Source: Mobula hypostoma
Lineage: Eukaryota
Assembly (NCBI RefSeq): GCF_963921235.1
Contig: NC_086108.1
Coordinates: forward strand, 93,002,001-93,066,000
Length of the DNA: 64,000 bases
Direction of reading: 5' to 3'
Shown here: positions 28,244 through 39,844 of the stretch, one piece after another
Numbering within the stretch: position 1 is the stretch's first letter
Layout: the number at the start of each line of letters is the position of its first letter
Made by a program: the position numbers and the translations under genes
Notes under the pieces: model-generated
What the model was told of the DNA's origin: nothing
Databases searched by the model: none
The model's input: only the letters and a program-made list of their open reading frames with translations

Positions 28244-29099
28244 TTTTGATCCCATTAGGTGCCAAGCTAGAAGTAGATGGTTACGTTGAAGGAGCAGGTC
28301 TGAAAACAATAATGCAACTCTGTGCTAAACAATTGTTTGACCCAAAGTTCAGTTTTCAGGGCGTGAGTGGTGGCTAGTTTGCGGTGTGTGGCGAAGCGGG
28401 GAAGAGGGAAGTCACTATCCTTAGGCTCCCATTTTAAGTTGTTATATCTCAAAGGTGAAGTAACATGCAGAGTAAAGAGCTCAGGTTGTCAGTGTGTTGT
28501 AACAGCCACTGCAGGCTGAACATAGGATTAGTTACTGAGATGAATCTGTTGAGATAAAAATCAGCTTACGATCATTTATTTTTGGGTATGGATGGTGTGG
28601 TGGGTTAAGCTAATGTTTTTCTTCTGCCTCTGGGTTCTTGGTTTTAATCTAGCCGTGGCTGATTGAATTAAAGTCTCTTCTCTGGACAGTATCAATTCAA
28701 TTCTTTCTGATGCTGATTTCACAGCACTAAAAACTGCCTATAATTCAAGACTAACTGGCAGTTTAATTCAGATCAGGTACTAGGATGGGTTCAGTTGGTT
28801 TGGAAGTCGATTGGTGCAGCTGGAAGTGCTACTTTTCCATGGTTTTAAGGGTCATTTATGTCCTATTTTTCTTAATTCCCCCCTCTCCCGACACAGACAG
28901 AAATCACCTACCCCATATCCCTTCTGGCTGCTGTAAGTTGCTATGGCACAGAACACAGCTAAGGAACATTCATAGGGAAGAACTTTATTCTCTTTCTGAC
29001 CAGCTGGAAGTGATTTGGAACAAAAATGGTTGACCACCTTGATGTTCCACTTTCGATGGATGGAATGAAGGTGCTTAACCCAACCACCCACCAAAAGCT

Positions 29100-29540
29100 G
29101 AACTTCTCGATGGTCAGACTTTTAAATTCTGAGTCCCATTCCTGTTCTGATTCTTTTGTGCCACAATGAGGCCACCATCAGCGTGGAGGAGCAACACATA
29201 TTCCACCAGGGTAGTCTCCAACATGATGACATGAATATCGATTTCTCCTTGGAGTAAACAAAAATGTTCCTCTACCCTCTCTTCTTCTTCATATTCCCCA
29301 CCCTGGCCTCTTACCTCTTCCCTACCTACTCATCATCTCCCCCTGGTGCCCCTTCTCCTTCCCCTTTTCCCATGGTCCACTCTTCTTTCCTATCAAATTC
29401 CTTCCTCTCCAACCCTTTACCTTTTCCACTTTCACGGCTTTACTTATCACCTTCTAGCAATCTTCCTTCCCTTCCCCCACCTTTTCATTCTGGCATCTTC
29501 CCCCTTCCTTACCAGTCCTGAAGAGGTGTCTTGTTGACCA
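29100..29540 (+). mobile_element. Penelope 3' fragment
   Basis: Decayed EATxxVEEQH / GSLQxDxMNIDF region, pyrimidine-rich UTR, truncated cagtc-ctgaaga motif. Confidence 0.75.
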
Positions 29541-30674
29541 TTCAAAGGAACTAGGTTAGGAAATTCACTACGCAAATTGTAATTAATCGAAGCTCACATT
29601 TTATTGTCTCTGCACAAACACCAACATAACTATGTTGACCCCAGGCAAACAACTTAGAACACGAATTATACTGTGTCCTCTGTACCAATATTCACTCAGA
29701 CCACTTGTCCGACTTATAACACCGAAATAGGGGATCTCCGTTGGCCAGATGACCGATCTTTTCTTCGCCCAGCCCCTGGCGTGGCGTTTCTTCCTTGCCA
29801 TGGTGGGTCTCTTGAGAGACTTACTGCTGATAACACACTTGAAATGTCCACTTTTATACTAATTCCTTATCAATTCAAACATTGGATTGCCGTGTCATTG
29901 GCTGTGGGTCATCTGATTGACTTTTAACATCTCTTTATTGACTCTGCTCCAGGCCAGTATCCATTTATTGCCCTCTTTCCAGCAAGTGACAGTCGGTAAT
30001 TTGTCTTCTTCAGTAACCAGCTCGAATCATTCCAGGCAGGCACCAACCTTAACATTCACAAACCTGCAAGTTATATTATATCAAAGAACACCTCACAAAT
30101 AACTTCTCCGGAAATTATCTCTAGCTCAGCAGATTACCTGAAGCATCATTGTGTCTACTTTACAACACAGAAAATGAAGCAACTCCATCTCACAAAATGG
30201 AGGATGTAAAACAGTTCCACAAAATGGCAGCCTCCATCTCCAAGCAGATGGCAGGAACAAAGACAATTGATCTGTCGGCATCCACTATCCTTGACCCATT
30301 CGAGTTCAATGTTGTCTCCATATTTAAAATCCACCGTGGCCAACAGGTCTCAGACAGAAACGTTGACTATTTGTTCATTTCCATGGATGCTGCCTGACCT
30401 GCTGTGTTATCCCAGCATTTTGTGTGTGTTACACTAGATTTCCAGCATCCGTTCTGTTTGGAAGTTGATGAGAACTCAGGGAGAGGGAATAAAGTAGAAT
30501 AAATGTAAGTGGGTGGTTGACTGTCAACGGCTAGAAGACCTGCTTTCATGCTGTATGTCTCTGACTCTATGATTGGTAGCGGAGTTTTGGTAAGTGAAGA
30601 GAGGGCAGAAAATGAAGGTCTGGTCAGGCATGTGCTGGAAAAGCAAAGACTAGAAGGAACAATAGAATGGATGA

Positions 30675-31300
30675 GAGTTCAAGATCAAGATCAAGTTTAA
30701 GTTTAATTGTTATTCAACTATATACATGTATACAGCTGAACAAAACAGTGTTTCTCCTGGGCCAAAGTGCAAAACACAGTACATAGTCACATATGGGACA
30801 CAACACATTTGCAACGATAGCACATACAGTTCCAAAATAATATTAACACAAGCCTGTGTGGTGTGACCTGAAGATTGATGGTGCATGGGTCGTTGTCCTG
30901 GTGCCATGTTTCTGCAAGAGCAAGCATGAGACATTTTTCTCATCTCCCGCAGCCGCAGACAAAGATGGTCCAGCCAGTCAGCCAGGGAGTGAACACTGCA
31001 GAGCAGCACTGATGGGACAGCCAGCCTGCAAGGGCCAGCATGAACTCCAGCTTGCCCGCCACTCGCCAGGTATTCCCCTCCCACAGCACCTCTGGCGCCC
31101 CCTCCCCTGCATCGCTGTAACTACAGCAAGAGGGCCTAGTCTGCAGAACAACTAAGGGCACACAGCTCCCCACTGTTGGTCTTACCAGTGAATCAGACTT
31201 GCAGGATTTTGTATTATCAGTGTCCAATAGCGTTTTGGGACAAGAAAAATGTTTAAGACAAAAATTTGCACCATTGTTTGGACCCAGAATTTTCTGTGCC
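30675..31300 (-). mobile_element. Internally deleted Rex1-type derivative, second copy
   Basis: Collinear similarity to 27570-28243 (GPCRxAxPSVLL; catgtttctgcaaga; tttgcaccatt). Confidence 0.65.
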
Positions 31301-31320
31301 TTGGTAACCTTGTAGCACTT

Positions 31321-32091
31321 CTGTCTGTCTGTCTAGGTACCATATCCGATGCGGACGTTGGTGACCACTGTTTTCCATATAGATCTATCCTTCGTTTTTT
31401 GGATGACTTCCATTTCCTCGATGTGTAGCCACCTGGCTATGCTTTTGATGTACATAAGCCAAGGTCTTCCTCTAGGTTTGCTCCCCTCAATCTTTTCAGA
31501 GAGTATGAGTTTTTCTAGTGCATCTTTCCACATGATGTGTCCTAGGAATCCGAGTTGTCTTTCTCTTATTGTTGGTATGAGTGATCGAACTGCTTGGGCT
31601 CTTCTGAGAACTTTTTCATTTGATGTGTGTTGGTCCATGATATTTTTAACATTCTCTTGTAGAACCACAATTCAGCTGCTTCTAGTCTCTTTTCCATTGC
31701 TGGGGAAATGGTCCAACATTCACTTCCGTAAGTCAGGATAGAATAAATGTAGCACTGTAGTATTCTGTTTTTAGTGTGCGTGCTCATCTTTCTAACTGTT
31801 AACATGGTCTTCATTTTTTGGAAAGCCTCTTTCGCCATTGCTATTCTGTATTTGATATCTGTGTCGCACCTGCCATTACTCGTTATTAGGCTGCCAAGAT
31901 ATTTGAATTTGTTGACTTGTTTGATGTTTGTATTTCCGACCTTGATCACACGTTGTGGAATGTTTGTCTTTTTGGAGGTGACCATGCTCTCTGTCTTCTT
32001 GGTGTTGATTGAGAGGCCTCTGCGATTACTTTCTGCTGCCACTATAGTAAGTAGTTCTTGAAGTTTTGTTTCTGAGTCAGCTATTAGTATG
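31321..32091 (-). mobile_element. 5'-truncated RTE-clade LINE with 11-bp TSD
   Basis: ORFs with GLSINTKKT, FKYLGSLI, IYSILTYGSECW, RQLGFLGHI, KIEGSKPRGRP; (agac)n tail; TSD ttgtagcactt at 31310-31320 and 32092-32102. Confidence 0.92.
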
Positions 32092-32489
32092 TTGTAGCAC
32101 TTATTGTTACAAAATACTAAATGAATTTGATGCATTACACATTCAGCTGTGGAACACAAAGTACTCAAGATTGACAGTATTTCTGAAAGATTTCAGAGTT
32201 ATTTGTATGGAGCCTTTTTAATAATCTCAACTCTTGAATATGCGAAAGTCTGCAGATGCTGAAAATCCAGAGCAGCATGTGCAAAATGCTGGAGGAACTC
32301 AGCAGGTCAAGGTCACATCTTGAAGCCTTTTCATTTTCTGATGAGTACACCATTGAATTGTTCTTTGACTTTAATCATTTAAATAATTTAATCTTTTTAA
32401 CAGCATTTTTAATCTTTTAACTGGATCTGATAGATCTTGAATTCTTGTGAATTCCAAAGACATTGAGAAATTCCCTATAATAGAAACAG

Positions 32490-32775
32490 ATGTGGGGGAG
32501 TCTAGGGCCAGAGGGCACAGCCTCAGAGTACAAGTACATCCCTTTATAACAGAGATGAGCAGATATTTCTTCAGCCAGACGGTGGTGAGTCTGTAGAATT
32601 CATTGCCACAGATGGTGTGGAGGTTAAGTCTCCAGATATATTTAAAGTTGAAGTTGATAGGTACTTGATTAGTAATTGCATTAAAGGTTATGGGGAGAAG
32701 GCAGGAGAATGGGTTTGCGGTGGAAAATAAATCAGTCATGGCCTAATTCTGCTCCTATGTTTTATGGTCTTATGG
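32490..32775 (+). mobile_element. CR1 3' end
   Basis: GESRARGHSLR region and ggcctaattctgctcctatg...ttatggtcttatgg tail. Confidence 0.8.
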
Positions 32776-33559
32776 ACTTACTTGGTGATGCAGAGAGGAT
32801 CGATTGCTGATAAATTACTTGTCTGTGCGGAGGCTTCAAGTTTCTCCAAGTCTGTACTGGTTTCCTCTGAGTGCCCCAGTGTCCTCTCGCATTCCAGAGA
32901 CATGCTGCTTGTTCACCCTTTAGTGTAGGCTAATGGCAGAAAATTATCAGATTGAGGGGAATTGCTGGACATCTTCCCAGACTCTCTCCTAATAATTTAC
33001 CAAACTCCAATCCCCGATCACCTCCTTGCACCCCTCATGCAGCCTCCTCCTTGAAGCCCTGATCTCTATCATCTCTCCAACGTTCCTCCCAATCATCTGC
33101 CGATATCTTCTCGACTCATCTCTGCACCCACCTTCCCGCCTCTGCAAGAGGGTTTTAAATTTACCAACGCGCATTTGCTCCCACATACCCTGCAGAGGAG
33201 TCTTTCATTCCGTCAGCGGAGACGTACCTCTGTTTGTGAGCTTTTGCCTTAGAGAAAGGATTTCACACACCCTCATGCCCTTCTGCACTCACACACTAAC
33301 ACATTCACAGACACACGGGCTTTAGTAAGGTACAACCTCATCACCTACATATGGGCATTACTGTGCAGAATTGTACTGGAACTCATCTTCCATTACATAA
33401 ACCAATCTTCCACTAATTCTATTCTCTGCACCTTCCCCTCCACCATTAGAACTCTGAACTGACCATGAACTCATGAACAGCACTTCGCTATTCCTCTTCT
33501 ACACTGTTCGCTTATTCTATTGTAACTTGTAGTACGTTTTAATGTCTTACACTGTACTA

Positions 33560-33830
33560 CTGTCTTCCAAGAGGACCACAACATTGCTGAAGGGCTTGGA
33601 GGCTTGCTTGCCTCAGACCTGGAGAATTATGTTGGCTGGAGTCAGGGCCTTGTGCTTTGATTCTTAGTCGTATCACTCATGCCAAATGGGCCAGACTAAG
33701 AGTGGGCTTCCAGGTTTTGGGAGCTCAGCTCGGAGTTAACAACCCCGACTGGTTAAAAACACAATTGTTACGGAAACAGCAATGAAGATGGAGGGCTGCC
33801 CGAAAAATCATGCATTGGTCATGATCTTCC
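33560..33830 (+). mobile_element. Probable RTE-type 5' UTR fragment
   Basis: Recognised by eye from motifs (gagttaacaaccccgactggttaaaaac...gttacggaaac); no ORF support. Confidence 0.35.
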
Positions 33831-33834
33831 ATGA

Positions 33835-34785
33835 TCTTGGCTTTGGGCCTGTACTCACTGGAATTTAGAAGAATGTTGTGGGGGTCTCATTGAAACCTAC
33901 TGAATGTTGAAAAGACTAGATGGAGAGGATGTTTCCTATGGTGAGAGAATCCAGAACTAGAGAGCACAGCCTCAAAACTGAGGGGTGACCCTTTAGAACT
34001 GAGATACGGAGGAATTTTTTTTAGCCAAAGAGTAATAAATCTGTGGAATGCTCTGCCATAGGCTGTGATGGAGGCCGAGACTGTGGGTATATTTAAGGCA
34101 GAAATTGATTGTTTCCTGATCAGTCAGGGCATCAAAGGATATGGCGAGAAGACAGGTGTATGGGGTTGAGTGGGATCTGGGATCAGCCAGGTTGGAGTGG
34201 TGGAGCTGTCTCAATGAGCTAATTCTGCTCCTATATCTTCTGGCCCTCAGCGCCTGCAGCCTAACGGTCAGTCAGTACTGCACTGCTGTCAGAAAACAAC
34301 AAATTTCAGACATATGGTGCTGATAATGTGCTCATGATAATATTCCAAAAATGATTCCAGGATTGAGAGGCTTTTCAAATGAGGAGAGCTTGATGGCTCT
34401 GGGCCTGTACTCACCGAAATTCAGAAGAATGAGGGGTGACCTCAGTGAAACCTCTCGAGTGTTAAAAGGCCTCGATAGAGTGGATGTTTCCTATAGTGGG
34501 GGATTCTAAGACCAGAGGACACAGCCTCAGAATAGAGGAGTGTCCTTTTAGAACAGAGATGAGGAGGAATTTCTTCAGCCAGAGAGAGGTGAATCTGTGG
34601 AATCCGTTGCCACGGGCGGCTGGGAATATTTAGAGCAGAGGCTGACAGATTCTTGATTAGTCAGGTCATCAAGGGATACAGAGAGAAGGCAGGAGATTGG
34701 GTCTGAGAGAGAAATTGATCAGCCATGATGAAATGGCAGGACAGACTCGATGGGCCAAATGGCCTAATATCTTATGGTCTTATAA
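33835..34785 (+). mobile_element. Two tandem CR1 3' fragments (33835-34240 and 34335-34785)
   Basis: Both contain LGLYSxEFRRM and FFSQRxxNLWN remnants and CR1 3' UTRs. Confidence 0.8.
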
Positions 34786-35641
34786 TAAACCTGATTCTGA
34801 TTCTGAAATAGTTGAGAGCACGAGATATTGCAGAGGCTCTGGAACCAGACAACGGGCCAGCTGTATCAATAAGGTTTGCACTCCAAAAGGAACTGAACCA
34901 GCACAGCAATAATACTGACATCAACCAGAAAAAGCGGAACCTTCCCCAGGAATGTCCTGCTCAGAAAATCCTAGACAAATTCATCCTAGCTCATTACTGT
35001 CCAGTCAGTCTATTCCCAATCATTAACAAAACAGGACTATTAAACAGCATTTACTTTCTAGTTAACCAGCCACCATTACCTAATTCAGTTTTTCTAGGAA
35101 CATTTGGTTCCAGAAAGCACCACAGCCATGCTCGGAGTAGTCGATCTGTGGAAAGTTCTGCCATAGACAGTGTTGGAGGCTGTCCATAGGTTTATTTAAG
35201 GCTGAAGTTGTTCGTTTCCTGATTGATTAGGGCATCAAAGGATATGGTGAAGAGGCAGGTGTGTGGGGTTGAGTGGGATACAGGATCAGCCATGATGGAT
35301 TGGCAGAGCAGAATTGATGGGCTGAATGGCCCAATTCTACTCCTACGTCTTATGGTCTTATAGACTGTAGAGCTGAATAGCAGAGGTAAGGCTAGAGTCA
35401 CAGCCGTAAGATTGAGGCAGCATTTGACTGAAAGGAGGATGGTTGTGATTATTGAAAGTAACCATCCTGACCTCAGCAGCTTTTAAAGTCTGTGGCACCG
35501 GCAATATCAAAAGATTTCTCCTGGGACCAGCACATAATTGTCATCATAAATAAAGCACACAACACCCCTGCTTCCATAGGAGTTTGTGTAGATTCAGCAC
35601 ATCATCAAAAGTTTAACAATCTTCTAGAGATGCAGCACGGA

Positions 35642-35882
35642 GCGTCATAGGAAGTCATTCCTGCCTGTGGCCATCAAACTTTACAACTCCTCCCTTGGAG
35701 GGTCAGGCACCCTGAGCCAATAGGCTGGTCCTGGACTTATTTCATAATTTACTGGTATAATTTACATATTACTATTTAACTATTTATGGTTCTATTACTA
35801 TTTATTATTTATGGTGCAACTGTAACGAAAACCAATTTTCCCCGGGATCAATAAAGTATGACTATGACTATGACTATGACTA
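35642..35882 (+). mobile_element. Young Rex1 3' end with (atgact)n tail
   Basis: RHRKSFLPVAIKLYNSS; near-identical to 54468-54809 (inverted). Confidence 0.8.
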
Positions 35883-36012
35883 GTGTCCTAACTGATTGCA
35901 TCACAGCCTGATAGGGAAACAGCAATGACCAAGAATGGAAAAAGATACAGAAAGTGGTGAATACAGCCCAATTAATCACTGGAAAAGCCTTTTCCACCAT
36001 TAAGTACCTTTA

Positions 36013-36712
36013 TAGAAACATAGAAAACATACAGCACCATACAGGCCCTTCGGCCCACAAAGCTGTGCTGAACATGTCCCTACCTTAGAACTACCTAGGC
36101 TTTACCCATAGCCCTCTATTTTTCTAAGCTCTACGTAGCCATCCAGGAGTCTCTTAAAAGACCCTATCGTTTCCGCCTCCACCACCACTGCCGGCAGCCC
36201 ATTCCATGCACTCACCACTCTCTGCGTAAAAAACTTACCCCTGACATCTCCTCTGTACCTACTCCCAAGCACCTTAAAACTATGCCCTCTCATGCTAGCC
36301 ATTTCAGCCCTGGGGAAAGGGAGGAAACATCAACTCAGACCATGAGAGGCCTGCGTCAGGCATTTTCATGCTTTATGAGGAGAAGATTGGAAGTCTGTGT
36401 GGGGCGCCACTCCTCGCACAGACTAGAGCAATGTGTGATTAAGTGCCTTGGGAAAAGCCTCTGACTATCCACATGATCAATGCCTCTCATTATCTTGTAT
36501 ATCTCCATCAGGTCACCTCTCATCCTCCGTCGCTCCAAGGAGAAAAGGCCGAGTTCACTCAACCTATTCTCATAAGGCATGCTCCCCAATCCAGACAACA
36601 TCCATGTGAATCTCCTCTGCACCCTACTATGGTTTCCACGTCCTTCCTATAGTGAGGCGACCAGAAATGAGCACAGTACTCCAAGTGGGGTCTGACCAGG
36701 GTCCTATATAGC
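36013..36712 (-). mobile_element. CR1 3' fragment (family of 62286-63413), nested in Rex1, carrying a short insert
   Basis: LYRTLVRPHLEYCAHFWSPHY, RGHSFKVLGSRYRGDVRGKFF; insert at 36320-36444. Confidence 0.88.
36320..36444 (-). mobile_element. Probable 5'-truncated SINE
   Basis: Flanked by gccctggggaaag (36307-36319) / gccttgggaaaag (36445-36457); ends in gattaagtgcctt, the reverse of a common tRNA-SINE body motif. Confidence 0.5.
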
Positions 36713-37356
36713 TGCCACAAGAAAGCAGCATCCATCATCAAAGACCCCCACCCTCCATCCAGGTAATGTCATTTCTCACCACTATTACCAGACAGAAAGT
36801 ACAGAAACCATAGGTCCCACAACATCAGGACACCTAACTGGTGTGGATAACTTCATTCACTACCACTCTGAACCAATTCTATGATCTAAAGACTCACTTT
36901 GAAGGACTGCTTACCACTCTTGTTCTCTGTATTATTTTTATGTACAGTTTATTTTCTTTTGCACATTGATTGTTTGTCAATCTTTGTCTGTTTATGTATA
37001 TTTTTTGTAAATTCTAATGCATTTCATTTTTTTTCCTGTAAGTGTCCACAAGAAAGTGAATCTCAATGTAATATATGGTAACATCTATACACTTTGAATT
37101 TTGAACTTTGAACTCAGGATATCACTGTAAGAGCTTGTCAGAGCAAGGTCATCAGCCAACCATCTTCAGAGAGTTCATAAATGACTTTCCTTTCAAGATA
37201 AATTAGAAGTGGGAATATTTGGTGATGATTGCCCAATGTTCACCACAGCTGAGTCACATGGAAAGATTGAATAGGTTAGTACTTTATTCCCTGGTGAGCA
37301 GGAGAATGAGGGAAGATCTTACAGAGGTATACCAAATTATGAGGGGTACAGTTAGG

Positions 37357-37748
37357 GTTGGTTCACGAGGTGGAGTTACATCTCTGCCATTGGAGGTCTA
37401 AGGTGCTCCTTCCCTTTGTTAACCAGCAGGTCACCCTTGGGCAAGGTGTAGCACCTGCTTTGTCCCCTGATCAGGGTCACATGAAGCCATGATAGCAGGT
37501 GGTGGATGGTCGTATGAGCAACTGGTGCATATCACAAGTCCTGATTATGAGACCACTGATGCCAGGCAGTCAATCTCTGAAGAACATTGATAATGACTGG
37601 GGTCACTCATCTTGTAAAGACACTGCCCAGAAGGCAGCAATGGCAAACCATTCCTGTAGAAAAATTTACCAAGAATATTCATAATACAGATAGAAGACCA
37701 TAATTGACCACATCGTCCAACATGGCACTTCATGATGATGATGATGAT
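37357..37748 (+). mobile_element. RTE-associated SINE nested in a CR1 fragment (about 37250-38100); second copy about 43625-43945 on minus
   Basis: aatggcaaacca motif typical of RTE/BovB-related elements; (atg)n tail; flanks cagttaggg / tagataggg. Confidence 0.6.
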
Positions 37749-38374
37749 CATAGATAGGGTGAATGCAAGCAGGGTTTCCCCCTCAGATTGGGTGAGACTA
37801 GAGCCAGAGGTCATAGGTTGAGGGCAAAAGGTGAAATATTGAAGGGGAATCTGAGGGGAATTCTTTTCACTCGGGGGTGGTGCGAGTATAGTATGAGTTG
37901 CCAGTGAAAGTGGTAAATGTGGGTTCAGTTGTACTATTTAAGAGAATTTTGGATAGGTACATGGATGTAAGAAAATTGGAGAGATATGGGCTGGGTACTG
38001 GTAGATGGAACTAGGCAGAAGATCGGGCCACTATTGACTAGAAGGGCTGAAGGCTCTCATTCAATGCCACAGTACTCTATGACTTTATGACTCCATGACT
38101 CCTCTGTTCCTGTTTGTAGTAAAATTGGTAGAGTAGAATGTGAACTGGTAAGTAACGTTGGCATTGCAATTGCCAGAGAATGGTCATGTTTAACAAGAGA
38201 GGGTCTAATCACCCACCACAGATATTGGATGGAACTGCCATTGTCCTATCTCCCACCATTAATATCCCAGGTTACACCAATAATCTCAACTGGGCATGAG
38301 TACTGTGATTACAACAGCAGGTCAGAGACTAGGCAAACTTTAGAAATAACTCACTTTCTCTTTCCACCATTTTT

Positions 38375-38780
38375 GGAGCATTTGATGGCCCTGGGCCTGT
38401 ACTCAATGGAGTTCAGAAAGATGGGGTGGGAAGGAAGAAATATCTTTGAAACCTACAGAATTCTGAAGGGTGGACGTGGAGAGGATGTTTCCATCAGTAG
38501 AATCCGAGGGCACAGCATCAGAATAAAGCAAAGTCTCTTCACAACTGAGATGAGCAAGAATTTCTTCAGCCAGACGAGTGATGAATCTGTACAGAGGGCT
38601 GTAGAGACCAAGTCGTTTGGTGTATTTAAGACAGAGATTGAATTTGTAATGGAGTTCTTAATTTGCAAGAGCGTTAAGAGCTACTGGGAAAAAGTTGGAG
38701 AATGTGGTTGAAAATAAAATCAGTCATGATAGAATGTTAGGCAAGACTCAATGGGCCAAATGGCCTTATTCTGCTCCTAT
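38375..38780 (+). mobile_element. CR1 3' fragment
   Basis: LMALGLYSMEFRKM, KNFFSQ in ORF 38229..38711. Confidence 0.78.
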
Positions 38781-39844
38781 GAAGAGCATAGAACACAAAA
38801 CAGCACAACATAGTAAGGGCCCTTCGGACCACAATGTTATGGTGACTTTTATAAACATACTCCATGATTAATCTAATCTTTCCCTCCTACACATCCCATA
38901 AACTTCCATTTTTCTTGCATTATGAGCGTATCTAAGAGTTTCTAATGGTCTTTCAATCTTATGGGTGTATACAGTTCCAATAGCTTTCAAGAAGCCCAAC
39001 AATGATCAGGGCAAAGCAGCTGAATCAATTTTTAACTTGTGAACCGTCCAAAACAATCATTTCCTTCAGCCTCAAAAAACCACGCCTGCAATGTGTATCA
39101 CTTACAAAATACACCAGGTTGATTGAGCTCTATATGTATGGCAACACCTCCCAAACCTACAGCTTCTACCACAAAGAAAGACAAGGACAGCAGGCTTAAA
39201 TAAACACCATCAATACAAGATATCCTGCTGGTGCTGGAAATGCATGTAACAGGCACAAAATGCATGGAGGAATTCAGCAGGCCAGGCAGTGAGTAAACAG
39301 TGGAGATTTTGGGCCTGACACTCTTCTTCAGGACTGAAGGATTGAACACCACCACTTGCAGGTTCTCATTTCTAAGTCACACATTATCCCAAACAGGAAA
39401 TATATCAGCATTCCTTCATCGTCTCTGGGTGCAGATCCTAGAAATCTGTAACCAATGGTAACACAGGAGTGCTTTACTTGAAACAGCTACAGCGATTCAA
39501 GAAGACAGTTGCCCACCATCTTCTCAGGTTTAATCACGATTAAGCAAGAGGCCTGTACGTTGACAACTGACTAAGTTCAAATAAAGCTCTGATCTCTGTT
39601 TTTCATACATATCGCCAATAAAACTTACGAAACACTGCAATAAAAGTAGCAACAGAAAAACTGAGCCCTTCTGATTTGTGTATTTCTAAGGACACATTGA
39701 CCTCTTGGATTCTTACTGCCCTTCCAAATGCTTTCAGTCATTTTATTCTTATGTTCATTTTCTCATTAAGCTTTTCCATTCATTTCATTACATTTTTGTT
39801 CCTGTGAGAATGCATTGTAAGAAAAAAACGATAACTTGCCTTTA

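Larger units (their letters stand above)
34810..39540 (+). mobile_element. Ancient LINE scaffold in collinear pieces separated by younger insertions
   Basis: Pieces at about 34810-35130 (PDN..., YCPVSL), 35365-35480 (AAFD), 37115-37245 (PQG/FIND-like), 38100-38370 and 38960-39540 (3' region) lie in RT order. Confidence 0.55.

Noticed and set aside
33185..33240. Minus-strand micro-exon (RYVSADGMKDSSA, gtatgt donor)
   Set aside because: No polypyrimidine tract, very short, no recognisable homology.
34812..35189. 125-aa ORF as a host exon
   Set aside because: The nucleotide sequence is a decayed LINE RT segment (PDN..., YCPVSL).
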